Assembly (NCBI GenBank): GCA_963730935.1
Contig: CAVSTP010000003.1
Coordinates: 128,001-192,000 of the forward strand
Source: an uncultured Nitrospiraceae bacterium
GTDB lineage: Bacteria > Nitrospirota > Nitrospiria > Nitrospirales > Nitrospiraceae
DNA: 64,000 nt
Direction: 5' to 3'
Positions 51,028-60,369 of the stretch are shown here, in pieces (within the stretch, counting starts at the first letter, position 1; each line of letters starts with the position of its first letter). Under the pieces are notes generated by a model that did no database searches, was not told the DNA's origin, and was given only the letters and a program-made list of their open reading frames with translations. Position numbers and translations under genes: made by a program.

Positions 51028-52554
51028 ATGCGTTTGTTTGGCATTGAAACGGAATACGGCATCGCGCGCCATGATCGGGACGAGAGCGATCCGGTTGTGG
51101 AGTCCATGGAGTTGGTACGGGCCTATCTCATGGGCCCGTTCGAGCGGCGCTGGGATTACGGAGGAGAAGATCCTCACGAAGACGCCCGGGGCTTTCGCGT
51201 ATCTGGACTGGCTCAGGACAAAGAGGAAGACCTGTTCGCCCGCCTCGATGCGCATCGTCCATTTTCGTTCCACGAGATGAAAAGCGATCTGGTGCTTGCC
51301 AACGGGGCCCGTTTTTACAACGACCATACGCATCCCGAATACTCGACGCCGGAATGCCGCACCCTGAGACAGTTGGTGGCCCACGATCGTGCGGGGGAGC
51401 GCATCGTTCAGCAGGCGGCCGATCGCCGAAATGAGCAGCTTGGGGACACGGTCGTCCATCTCTACAAGAACAACACCGATTTTCACGGCCACAGCTATGG
51501 CTGCCACGACAATTATCTTGTCGCGCGCGCGATCCCGTTTCCCGGGCTTGTGCGCGGCCTCCTGCCGTTTCTTGCCAGCCGTCAGGTGATTGCCGGCGCA
51601 GGAAAGGTAGGCGTCGAAGCGCAGGAATCCGGTTTCGTTCCTGGTGCGTATCAGCTCTCCCAGCGCGCCGATTTCATGGAAACGGAGTTAAGCGTCGATA
51701 CGATGCACAACCGGCCTATCCTCAACACCCGAGATGAACCCCATGCAGACGCGAAGAAGTATCGCCGCCTCCATCTCATCCTGGGCGATGCGAACATGTG
51801 CGAGTACGCGACAGCCTTGAAAGTGGGGACTACACAGCTCGTCCTGGAGTTGATCGCCCGCGACCGAGCCCCGGTTCTGGAACTGGAGCAACCGGTGTCG
51901 GCGATCAAGCAAATTTCCCGGGACGCCGATCTGAAGGCTATGGTGAGGCTCAAGGACCGACGCCATCTTTCAGGGGTCGAGATTCAGGAATGTTACTGTG
52001 AGGCCGCCTGTCGGGAGTTGTCGGGCACTGATCCCGAGACGGATTGGATCCTGCACGAGTGGAGCGAAACGTTGCGGCTCCTCATGCAGGACCGCGGTCG
52101 TTTGGTCGGAAAACTCGATTGGGTGACGAAACAGTGGCTGCTGGAAAGGTTCGTGCGCGAGGAACAGATCGGTTGGGATGATCCCTGGCTGGCCAGCCTC
52201 GATTTGGAATATCACAATATCAATCCAGAGCGGGGTCTGCACCGAGGTCTCGAGGCGGAGGGAACAGTGTGGCGGCTGACGACAGAAGAGGACATACGGC
52301 GGGCCCTGTCTGCCGGGCCAGCGGACACGCGTGGAGGGTTGCGCGGTCTCTGCGTGAGGCGCTTTCCCGACCGGATCAGTCAGATGCAGTGGGAACGCAT
52401 CCGGTTCTCCGGCGGCTGGCGGCCATTGACGCTGGACATGGGAGATCTCTTCGAGCCGGCCGACGTGCAGATCTGCGCCGCCCTATTTGAGAACGCCGAT
52501 TCTCCGGCAGACGCGCTTGCCGCCTGGAAGACAAGAAAGGAAACATCGAGATGA
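51028..52554 (+). CDS. dop: Dop-like deamidase/deconjugase
   Basis: GIETEYG, Dop loop WDY..E.P..DARG, NGARFYNDHTHPEYSTPEC, RRLHLILGDAN. Confidence 0.9.
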   Translation: MRLFGIETEYGIARHDRDESDPVVESMELVRAYLMGPFERRWDYGGEDPHEDARGFRVSGLAQDKEEDLFARLDAHRPFSFHEMKSDLVLANGARFYNDHTHPEYSTPECRTLRQLVAHDRAGERIVQQAADRRNEQLGDTVVHLYKNNTDFHGHSYGCHDNYLVARAIPFPGLVRGLLPFLASRQVIAGAGKVGVEAQESGFVPGAYQLSQRADFMETELSVDTMHNRPILNTRDEPHADAKKYRRLHLILGDANMCEYATALKVGTTQLVLELIARDRAPVLELEQPVSAIKQISRDADLKAMVRLKDRRHLSGVEIQECYCEAACRELSGTDPETDWILHEWSETLRLLMQDRGRLVGKLDWVTKQWLLERFVREEQIGWDDPWLASLDLEYHNINPERGLHRGLEAEGTVWRLTTEEDIRRALSAGPADTRGGLRGLCVRRFPDRISQMQWERIRFSGGWRPLTLDMGDLFEPADVQICAALFENADSPADALAAWKTRKETSR

Positions 52555-52745
52555 TATTTCACATGCTTCCCGAACGACGCGAAGGACCGGTGAACCCTAT
52601 GCCCAAGTCGCCTTCACCCACCGAAGAAGGCGGAGGGCCCCGCCGCCCTGAAAGTGGTTCACCTGACCAGGACAGTTTGATGAAGCGGATGCGGAAAGTG
52701 GACCCGAAACAGGCGGAACGGTACCGGCAACGAACGGGGGAATAA
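52551..52745 (+). CDS. ubact: UBact ubiquitin-like protein modifier
   Basis: 64-aa disordered protein between dop and prcB ending MRKVDPKQAERYRQRTGE (R[T/S]G[E/Q]). Confidence 0.92.
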   Translation: MIFHMLPERREGPVNPMPKSPSPTEEGGGPRRPESGSPDQDSLMKRMRKVDPKQAERYRQRTGE

Positions 52746-52796
52746 TAATGGGTGCTGAACGCTCAACGCCCATACCTCAGAATTTCAGGTGACACG

Positions 52797-53570
52797 ATGG
52801 GGATGCAGGGAGATTTCTTTCAGCTGCTGAAGGCACAAGGGTATCAATTTGGTGCCTCCGGCGGAGGAAGCCACGATCAGCAGTTCACGACCGCGACCAC
52901 GATCCTGGCGTTCAAGTACCGCGACGGCGTACTGGTGGCAGGGGATCGACGCGCGACTGCCGGGAACATGGTGATGTACGATCGTACGGACAAGGTGCTG
53001 GAAATCGATCGGCACAGCGTCATGGCAATTGCCGGCGTCCCGGCGACGGCGTATGAGATGGTGAGGATTCTGGAGCACTCGTTCAAGTACTACAGGAGAA
53101 CGCAACTCCAAGAGTTGAGTTTCGAGGGCAAGCTGCGGTCGGTGTCCAAACTTCTCAAGGACAACGTGGCTGCTGCGCTGGCCGGCACCGGCGCCGTCGC
53201 TCCGATTTTCGCCGGGTACGATTTCGAACAAGAGACCGCGAAAATCTATTTCTACGATATTTTGGGCGCTGAGTTCGAAGGCGTGGAGTATGCCGTTTCA
53301 GGCTCAGGCTCCCCCACGATTCGAGGCATCCTGCATTATGTGAATACCTGGGGCGATCAACCCCTCAGTGCGATGACCGAAGAGCAATCGGCGGTTCAGG
53401 CGCTGCGCTTGCTCACGAGCGCTGCCGAATTCGACAGCGCGACGGGCGGCGTGAACCGGGAGGCGAATCTCTATCCAGTCATTAAGTTGATTACGGCAAA
53501 GGGCATCACAACGATGCCCGAAGCGGACCTGAAGCGTCACTTTGAGGGCAGCGTCTCTCGATCTATCTAA
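52797..53570 (+). CDS. prcB: 20S proteasome beta subunit
   Basis: Propeptide then TTILAF..GDRRATAG..DK, GSGS, DSATGG. Confidence 0.93.
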   Translation: MGMQGDFFQLLKAQGYQFGASGGGSHDQQFTTATTILAFKYRDGVLVAGDRRATAGNMVMYDRTDKVLEIDRHSVMAIAGVPATAYEMVRILEHSFKYYRRTQLQELSFEGKLRSVSKLLKDNVAAALAGTGAVAPIFAGYDFEQETAKIYFYDILGAEFEGVEYAVSGSGSPTIRGILHYVNTWGDQPLSAMTEEQSAVQALRLLTSAAEFDSATGGVNREANLYPVIKLITAKGITTMPEADLKRHFEGSVSRSI

Positions 53571-53607
53571 AAGTCTGGCAGGCCATTTTCATCGCCTGGA
53601 GTAAGCC

Positions 53608-54417
53608 ATGTACGAAGAGCCTTATAAGTGGGTAGAGGCGGTCGGTAATCGCCGCCAATATCTGGACGAACAGTTCAAGCAGGGCAGCCCTGTCGTTGCG
53701 CTGGCCTATGAGGCAGGGGTCGTGCTGCTGACCGTCAGCAAGGGGACGCCCAAACTCTACGAGATCTACGACCGTCTCGCCCTGGGAGGGATGGGGCATC
53801 CGGCGGACCTTGAAAAACTGCGGTTCAACCTCTTGGAAATGGCCCATGTCGAGGGATTCAACCGTTCACCCTCGGATGTGACGGGCAGCCGCATGGTGAA
53901 GTACGGAATCGCCCCTGTCATCAAACAGGCATTCGAAGAGGTCTTCAAGGCACCGTTCATTGTCAAGATTCTGTTGGCGGAACTCGGTCCGAAAGCCGGG
54001 AAGGAAACGTTCCTCGTCATTAATTACGACGGGACGTTTGAAGAGGGAAGTCACTGCGCGGTGCTGGCCGCAACCAAAGCGGTCGAGCAGGACATGATGA
54101 AATTGCTTCGTGCAGAGCCTGCGGGTCTCTCTCTCCAGCAGGCCGTGGGAGCCGCTCTTCAGGCCTGGGCGTTGGGGGACCGATTGCAGGGGCAGGCTCT
54201 TGAAGCCGACACCGACCGTGAGAGGGAGTCACAGGCCGACTCGGCATCCACCGATGTCGCAAGCCTGTATGCCTATCTTCGTAAAACGGTCGTGGAGAAA
54301 ACCATTGAGTGCGCCGTGCTGGACCGCAGCCATCCGGGCTCCGCAAAATATCGCGCCTTGGCGCCGGACGAACTGGGCCGGCTCTTGCCGAAGGACGTCC
54401 GAGCCTCATTATCCTAA
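53608..54417 (+). CDS. prcA: 20S proteasome alpha subunit
   Basis: GSPVVAL, KLYEIYDR, SDVT, ECAVLDR. Confidence 0.9.
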   Translation: MYEEPYKWVEAVGNRRQYLDEQFKQGSPVVALAYEAGVVLLTVSKGTPKLYEIYDRLALGGMGHPADLEKLRFNLLEMAHVEGFNRSPSDVTGSRMVKYGIAPVIKQAFEEVFKAPFIVKILLAELGPKAGKETFLVINYDGTFEEGSHCAVLAATKAVEQDMMKLLRAEPAGLSLQQAVGAALQAWALGDRLQGQALEADTDRERESQADSASTDVASLYAYLRKTVVEKTIECAVLDRSHPGSAKYRALAPDELGRLLPKDVRASLS

Positions 54418-54421
54418 TGCC

Positions 54422-55906
54422 ATGTTGAACCGCATTTTCGGGTTGGAGACCGAATACGGTCTCCTCGTTCATCAGGATCGCCCCGACCATTCTCCCACCT
54501 GGTTCGCTCACAAGATCCGCGACCACATCTTTCAGGTTCAACGTCAGGGCGTCCTGGACCTGCATCATCGCGGGCACGACGAGCCGCCGGGGAATGGCGG
54601 ATTTCTGATGAACGCCGGGCGGATCTATCTCGACATGGGCCATGTGGAATATGCCTCGCCGGAATGTCAGTCACTGACGGATGTGGTGGCGAGCGATCGC
54701 GCGGGAGACATGATCCTCCAACGAGCGGTTCAGGATCTTGGACTGGCCGAGCAGATCTCGTTGATCAGAAACAACGTGGACCATGAGACGGATGCGACGT
54801 TCGGCTCGCATGAGAACTACCTGGTCACCCGTCGGTTCCCGTTCAGCCGCCGAGGCCTTGCGCCGCTGGTGACCTTTCTGGTGACCCGGCAGATTTTTAC
54901 CGGCTCCGGCCGCGTCGGCGCTGCGAGCCCGCAGGATGCGTGGATTCAGATGGATCGGCTGATCGTGCCTCGAGCGGCGCTCGGCCATGGCGCCGCGTCT
55001 CCACAGCTGCCGTTTCAGATTTCCCAGCGCGCGGATCACATTGTGAACGATTTTTTCGAGTGGGTGCAGCAGAACCGGGCAATCGTGAACACGAGGGACG
55101 AGCCGCTGGCCGATCCAAACCAGTATCGGCGTATTCATCTCCTCCTCGGCGACTCGAACATGGCCGAATATGCGACGGCGCTGAAGCTAGGGACGACGGG
55201 ATTGGTGCTGCAACTCATCGAAGACGGCAAGGCGCCCCGAGATTTGGACCTCGATGAGCCGGTGGAAACGCTCCAGGAGATTTCGCAGGATCAGGAGCGG
55301 CAATGGATGGTGCGGCTGCAGTCCGGAAAAAGCCTATCGGCGATCGACGTCCAGGAGCAATTCCTGGCGGCTGCAAAGGAGCATTGCCAAGGTCAGGACG
55401 AAGAGACCGATTGGGTGCTCGCGCAATGGGAAACGGTGCTTCATGATCTGCGCGGAGACTATCCACAGTTGGTCGGGCGTGTCGACTGGGCGTCCAAGCT
55501 CTGGCTGTTAGAGACCTTCCGTGAGGCGGAACAGTTGGATTGGCGCGATCCGATGCTGAAGAGCCTTGACCTCGAATACCACAATCTTCATCCGGAGAAG
55601 GGATTGTATTACGGCCTCATCGAGGAAGGACGTGTGCCGCGATTGACCACCGATAAAGCGGTAGATCTGGCGACCGAGCATCCTCCGCGCAACACGCGAG
55701 CCTTCGGGCGGGGAGAACTCGTCAAACACCTGTTGACCTGTGGCCCGCCGACTGACACAGAGGCGGCCCGAAAAGAGGAACGGTTTTTCCCTGCCTACGT
55801 CATCAACTGGTCGATTTTTCAGGTGCGTGGCCGAGAAGCGTTTCCCATGGCCGATCCATTCAAAACCTACGTCCAGGAAGTCCGCTCGTACCTCGCCAAC
55901 CCCTGA
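54422..55906 (+). CDS. pafA: PafA-like modifier-protein ligase
   Basis: RIFGLETEYG, NAGRIYLDMGHVEYASPEC, FGSHENY, NTRDEP, PPRNTRA, DPF. Confidence 0.9.
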   Translation: MLNRIFGLETEYGLLVHQDRPDHSPTWFAHKIRDHIFQVQRQGVLDLHHRGHDEPPGNGGFLMNAGRIYLDMGHVEYASPECQSLTDVVASDRAGDMILQRAVQDLGLAEQISLIRNNVDHETDATFGSHENYLVTRRFPFSRRGLAPLVTFLVTRQIFTGSGRVGAASPQDAWIQMDRLIVPRAALGHGAASPQLPFQISQRADHIVNDFFEWVQQNRAIVNTRDEPLADPNQYRRIHLLLGDSNMAEYATALKLGTTGLVLQLIEDGKAPRDLDLDEPVETLQEISQDQERQWMVRLQSGKSLSAIDVQEQFLAAAKEHCQGQDEETDWVLAQWETVLHDLRGDYPQLVGRVDWASKLWLLETFREAEQLDWRDPMLKSLDLEYHNLHPEKGLYYGLIEEGRVPRLTTDKAVDLATEHPPRNTRAFGRGELVKHLLTCGPPTDTEAARKEERFFPAYVINWSIFQVRGREAFPMADPFKTYVQEVRSYLANP

Positions 55907-55999
55907 CCACTAACTCCTTGATCAGCATGCAGAAATTAGCCGGTGCTATGCTTATTGCTGGCTGAACTGCTGTTATGAAGAGGTTGAGAGGAGGTCAGC

Positions 56000-56458
56000 A
56001 TGAAGGCACGGAAATGGATGATGGAATATGGCGTGGCCATGATCCTCGCGGTGGTCTGCGCGGTGATTCTTGGTCATTTGTCGCTCTTCCGAGAGGCGAC
56101 GATTGGAAAACTGCACGCGTCAGATCTCGTTCAGTTCATCGGATATGGCGGGGCGATTGTCTTGGCTTGGTTCGGCGCACGTCAGTTGTCCGATGAGCCG
56201 CCTGACGATTGGAAGTGGCTGGTCCCCTATCGGGCGCTGATCCTGCCTGTGACGACGCTCGTCATCGTGGGATTGGCCTACCAAGTGATGCTCTATGCCT
56301 GCGAGCCGTTCTTGGGAAAAGGCGGCAAGGACGTCTACAACTGGGTCTTCGTCGTGGGACTCATCTCTTGCTGCGTATGGCTGATCGTGACCTGGCTCCA
56401 GAGGTGCGCTTCGCAGGTCGCTTCGATGGAGACACGCCGGCTGAGAAAAGCCGCCTAG
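56000..56458 (+). CDS. 4-TM membrane protein
   Basis: GAGGAGG SD; four hydrophobic segments. Confidence 0.8.
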   Translation: MKARKWMMEYGVAMILAVVCAVILGHLSLFREATIGKLHASDLVQFIGYGGAIVLAWFGARQLSDEPPDDWKWLVPYRALILPVTTLVIVGLAYQVMLYACEPFLGKGGKDVYNWVFVVGLISCCVWLIVTWLQRCASQVASMETRRLRKAA

Positions 56459-56500
56459 ATCATCTCGTCCGGTTGCCTCACGGAGGCAACCGGGCTCCAC

Positions 56501-57544
56501 TCACCACATCCCGGTCACAATTTCGATAATCCGGTTTTCTACCCAATACCGATCTTCGTGTGCGCGCGTCTTCTGGAAAAATCCGCAATGGCCGCCGTGG
56601 GGAGGCGCGATGAGACGCAGGCAAGCATGCTGCTGGATTACCGGCGTGACAAACATCGAGTAGGGGATAAATGGATCATCCTGCGCCGTGATGATCGTGG
56701 TGGGCACCGTAATACGATCCAGCACATGACGCGCTCCTGAACGATCATAGTAGTCGGCAGCGTTTCGATATCCTCCGTCGGGCGCAGTATATCGGTCGTC
56801 GAATTCACTGATGCGCGAGATGCGGTCCAGTCCCTTCAAATCCCACTTCCCCGGCAATAGCACGGCCTTCCGTCGGATACGCGCTTTAAGCTGCATCATA
56901 AAGTGCCGGTGGTAGATCCAGTTGCCAGGCCGTTCCAACTCGGCGACGCAACGGGTTGGATCAATGTTTGGGCAGACGGCCACTGTGCCGGCCAAAGCGG
57001 GCTCCGCTCCGCCCATCTCGCCCGTCGCTTTAAGGAGGAGATTGCCTCCCATCGAATAGCCGATCAGCCAGATGCGGCTCAATTGTTCTGTCTCGGCTAA
57101 GGCGCGTATGACGCTTCGGTAATCTGCACTCAGGCCACTGTTATACAGGGTCGGGGAGAGATGTTCGGTGCCTCCGCACGTGCGTTGGTTCATCCTGACG
57201 ACATTGAGTCCGGCGGTGTAGGCCTTGGCCGCAATTCCGTGCATGTAGTGCGAATCGCAATCCCCTTCAAGCCCGTGCAACAACAGCGCGGTCTGAGCGG
57301 CCAGACGGTTCGGCTGCCAATGGCAGAACCCGACCAGTTGAGTGTCCGGAGCCGTGCGAAAGACGCGGCGCTCCGACGGAATGCCCGTTAGCAGCTGTCC
57401 ACGGGACCAGTAGCGGGGAACGAGAGTCATGAGATGACGATTGCGAAGGGGTTTCGGAGGAACGAACGCCGGAAAGGAAGAAGGACCGTGCTGATGATGA
57501 GGAGCAGAAGCCGATAGACCTGAGTCTTCCCTCCACGCAGTCAT
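56501..57544 (-). CDS. YheT-family alpha/beta hydrolase
   Basis: HGLEG, GYSMGG nucleophile elbow, DDPFI, GGHCGF; ATG overlaps upstream stop. Confidence 0.9.
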   Translation of the reverse strand: MTAWREDSGLSASAPHHQHGPSSFPAFVPPKPLRNRHLMTLVPRYWSRGQLLTGIPSERRVFRTAPDTQLVGFCHWQPNRLAAQTALLLHGLEGDCDSHYMHGIAAKAYTAGLNVVRMNQRTCGGTEHLSPTLYNSGLSADYRSVIRALAETEQLSRIWLIGYSMGGNLLLKATGEMGGAEPALAGTVAVCPNIDPTRCVAELERPGNWIYHRHFMMQLKARIRRKAVLLPGKWDLKGLDRISRISEFDDRYTAPDGGYRNAADYYDRSGARHVLDRITVPTTIITAQDDPFIPYSMFVTPVIQQHACLRLIAPPHGGHCGFFQKTRAHEDRYWVENRIIEIVTGMW

Positions 57545-58749
57545 GGCTTCAGGAGGTCGAGATCTTTGGATCTTGGCATTGCCGGACCGCTTAGCCGACT
57601 GAACGTGACGCCGAGGGAATCGAGCCATGAGGTCATGATAGTCGTCAACGCGACCACCATGATCCCATTGGCGAACTGCGTGTGAGTGACGACGCCTGCG
57701 GCGAGCAACGTGCCCAAGATCACAAAGGCGAATTCGCCGGCCTGGGCCAGCAGGAACGAGAGACGGGCCGCGGGACCGTGATCCATTCGAATGGCTCTGG
57801 CCGCAACGTAGAGCACCGCCGTTTTGACGGCAAGGATCACCAGGACGTGCATAAGGATCTTTCCTGTGTGCTCGCTGAGCACGCTGATGTCGACTGTGAG
57901 ACCGACCGATACAAAGAACATTCCCAGTAGGAAATTCTTGAACGGCAGGACTTCTTCCCTGAGCCGGTGCCGATAGTCTGTCCCGGAGAGGGCCACGCCC
58001 ATGATGAAGGCGCCTAAGGCCATCGAGAGGCCGACATGCGAAGCGGTCCAGGCGCTTCCCAGGATTCCGACAAAGAGCACGGCTGTGAACGTTTCTGGCA
58101 TACGTTTTACGGTCGCCCAGTGAAACAACCAGGGGCACATATAGCGCCCGAGGATGAAGAGGATCGCCAGGGCCGAGACGGCCGGTAGGATATTCCACCA
58201 GGAATAGTCGGCTGATCCGATCCCCGCAAACACGGGAACGAGAGCCATGAGCGGCACGACGGTGAGATCCTGAAACAAGAGGACGGCGAATGCCGCCCGC
58301 CCATGTTCCTCGTTGAGTTCCTGCTTCCTCTCCAAAAGTTGGAAGACCAGGGCCGTCGAGGAATTGGCCAACACCAACCCGATGAGCAGAGCCAATGACC
58401 AAGATGGGGTGAACAGGCGCCAATAGAACATCAAGGCCACCCCCGTCGCCAGGACTTGCAACGATCCCAAGAGAAATGCGTAGCGCCGCAACAGCCATGC
58501 CTGTCCAAGGTCGAGCTCAAGTCCGATCATGAAGAGGAAGAACACCACGCCGAGTTCGGACAGTTCTCGCAACCGATCGACCTGGGCTGGAGCGAGGAAG
58601 TGGGAGGATCCGAGGATCACGCCAGATAACAACAGACCCAGCTCGGGTCCGATGCCGAGCCGACGAGCCAGGGGAATCACCACGGCGCTGATGCCGAGTA
58701 AGAGGGTAATGGCTAACAGGAGGTCCGGCAGTCGTAGGTAGGTATTCAA
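57541..58749 (-). CDS. CPA2 cation:proton antiporter (KefB/KefC-like TM domain only)
   Basis: ELGVVFFLFMIGLEL, VLLFQDL, ALGAFIMG, FFVSVG, QAGEFAFV; no RCK tail. Confidence 0.9.
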   Translation of the reverse strand: MNTYLRLPDLLLAITLLLGISAVVIPLARRLGIGPELGLLLSGVILGSSHFLAPAQVDRLRELSELGVVFFLFMIGLELDLGQAWLLRRYAFLLGSLQVLATGVALMFYWRLFTPSWSLALLIGLVLANSSTALVFQLLERKQELNEEHGRAAFAVLLFQDLTVVPLMALVPVFAGIGSADYSWWNILPAVSALAILFILGRYMCPWLFHWATVKRMPETFTAVLFVGILGSAWTASHVGLSMALGAFIMGVALSGTDYRHRLREEVLPFKNFLLGMFFVSVGLTVDISVLSEHTGKILMHVLVILAVKTAVLYVAARAIRMDHGPAARLSFLLAQAGEFAFVILGTLLAAGVVTHTQFANGIMVVALTTIMTSWLDSLGVTFSRLSGPAMPRSKDLDLLKP

Positions 58750-58869
58750 CGCGCTTTCCTCAGCCGCCCCTGGGCAATTGAGACCCTGGCACTCGCGTGA
58801 AACACCGCAGTGACGGTCTTTCTTATCACTTTGTGGGGAAGGCTGGAAAGTGTGGACACAGAAGACTCC

Positions 58870-58945
58870 TGGCTCCCCGGGCAGGACTCGAACCTGCGAC
58901 CAGCCGGTTAACAGCCGGCTGCTCTACCAACTGAGCTACCGGGGA
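58870..58945 (-). tRNA. tRNA-Asn (GTT)
   Basis: TCCCCGGTAGCTCAGTTGGTAGAGCAGCCGGCTGTTAACCGGCTGGTCGCAGGTTCGAGTCCTGCCCGGGGAGCCA, full cloverleaf, 76 nt. Confidence 0.97.
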
Positions 58946-59007
58946 ACGAGGGGTCAACTGGAAGAGGACGCATTGTAGCAAATGTGGACGGCGGGGGGAA
59001 CGCCTTT

Positions 59008-59277
59008 TTAGACGTCGAAATCCTCGGTTTCATCTTCGTCCGACGAGGCGTCGGTGTTTCCCTCGGCCAGAGCCGCGTAGTGCTTGGCCCACGTGAGATA
59101 AAGATTGCCGCTGTCCCGCATGGTGTCCGCGGCCTTCACCAGTTTTTCAACGAGCTCGGGATCTTTGCCGGTGGCTTGAATCATTGCCGCTCGACGCTCG
59201 ATGGCTTTGGGATATTCGGAAATCAGGCCGGAAATCTCCTTGAGGAGTTCGCCGATCACATTGTCTTCACTTTCCAT
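59008..59277 (-). CDS. small helical hypothetical protein with acidic tail
   Basis: GAGGTG SD; 89 aa. Confidence 0.8.
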   Translation of the reverse strand: MESEDNVIGELLKEISGLISEYPKAIERRAAMIQATGKDPELVEKLVKAADTMRDSGNLYLTWAKHYAALAEGNTDASSDEDETEDFDV

Positions 59278-59300
59278 GACGCACCTCGTACAGTACCAAC

Positions 59301-59332
59301 AAAAAACCCCATAGCGCGAACGCTATGGGGTT
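59301..59332 (-). terminator. Rho-independent terminator of the oxidoreductase operon
   Basis: Minus strand CCCCATAGCG-TTCG-CGCTATGGGG-T6. Confidence 0.9.
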
Positions 59333-59353
59333 GTTCAATGCATGCGAGGCCGG

Positions 59354-59632
59354 TTACCCTTGGTAGGCTTGTCCGAGGGCTGCCGACTCTCCCTTTTTTG
59401 ACATCAGCTGCCCAGTTGCGCTCACCGCTTGCATGAGAATCGCCTCATGCTTGGCAGCGTTACAGACGACGACGCAGAGCTCACACCCCTTGCAGCGGTC
59501 GATGTTGACTTCCGCCACCATCTTGGCTGAGTTCAAATCGAGGCAGTTCGCCTCGGGACAGTACATGATGCACAGGCGACAGCCCTTCTTGGCCGTGCAC
59601 TTGTCGTCGATGACTTGCGCGACGTTATACAT
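59354..59632 (-). CDS. 2-oxoacid:ferredoxin oxidoreductase epsilon subunit (ferredoxin-like)
   Basis: CxxxxGCxxCxxxCP and CKGCELCVVVC. Confidence 0.9.
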   Translation of the reverse strand: MYNVAQVIDDKCTAKKGCRLCIMYCPEANCLDLNSAKMVAEVNIDRCKGCELCVVVCNAAKHEAILMQAVSATGQLMSKKGESAALGQAYQG

Positions 59633-59650
59633 TAAAGTTAGTTCCTTTTT

Positions 59651-60358
59651 TTATGCGGCGACGGCCGGATTGCCGACCTGCAGCTCAACCTTGTTCTTTT
59701 CGGCCCATGCACTTGCGATCTCGTAGGCAGCCTTCACCGTCGCAAGGTTCTTGGCCAGCAGCATTTCCTTCTTCGCAAACTTCTTCTTGATCGCTTCGTC
59801 AAGAGAGGCGGTACCGCCCGATGCGACGAACTTCTTTCCGAACCGTTCTTGCAGCGCGCCGTCCAGAGCGTCCATCGTGACGCATTTTGTGATGCCTGAT
59901 ACCGAGCCAATCATGGCCATGTTTGTGGACAACTCGGTGCCGGCAACTTCGATGGCGAGCTCAGTGCCTGCAATGTAAAACACGGCCACGTTCAAATCCT
60001 TCAGCCGTTGGACGTCCTCTTCTGAGAGCAGAGGTTGCGCCGAATTGATTATGACGACACCGCCCTCCTTTACGCCGGAATAAAACGGCATCGTGTAGCT
60101 CTTTCCCATGGTGATGACCTGCGGGTGAAACACCTGGATCACGTCCGGGAACACCAGTTCGCCGCGATCGTAGATCCGCTCGATGCCGATGCGGCAGTAG
60201 CTCTCCGCCGGCGCCATGCGCTTCTCAGCTCCAAAAAACGGATTGGAAATCGAAAATTTACCGTCCCGATTGGCGGCCATGGCCAATACATGAGCTGCCG
60301 TGACGGCGCCTTGCCCGCCCAAGCCTGACATGCGGATATTCAGCCGTTTCTTAATCAT
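59651..60358 (-). CDS. 2-oxoacid:ferredoxin oxidoreductase gamma subunit
   Basis: GLGGQGAVTA, FFGAEKRMAP, TNMAMIG. Confidence 0.93.
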   Translation of the reverse strand: MIKKRLNIRMSGLGGQGAVTAAHVLAMAANRDGKFSISNPFFGAEKRMAPAESYCRIGIERIYDRGELVFPDVIQVFHPQVITMGKSYTMPFYSGVKEGGVVIINSAQPLLSEEDVQRLKDLNVAVFYIAGTELAIEVAGTELSTNMAMIGSVSGITKCVTMDALDGALQERFGKKFVASGGTASLDEAIKKKFAKKEMLLAKNLATVKAAYEIASAWAEKNKVELQVGNPAVAA

Positions 60359-60369
60359 AATCCCCCTCC

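Noticed and set aside
52551..52745. Pup call
   Set aside because: C-terminus is RTGE, not GGE/GGQ; fits UBact
54110..54421. N-terminal extension of pafA
   Set aside because: Overlaps prcA; family homology starts at MLNRIFGLETEYG (54422)
57545..58498. 665-aa fusion ORF
   Set aside because: First ~318 codons are an alternate frame within the antiporter gene
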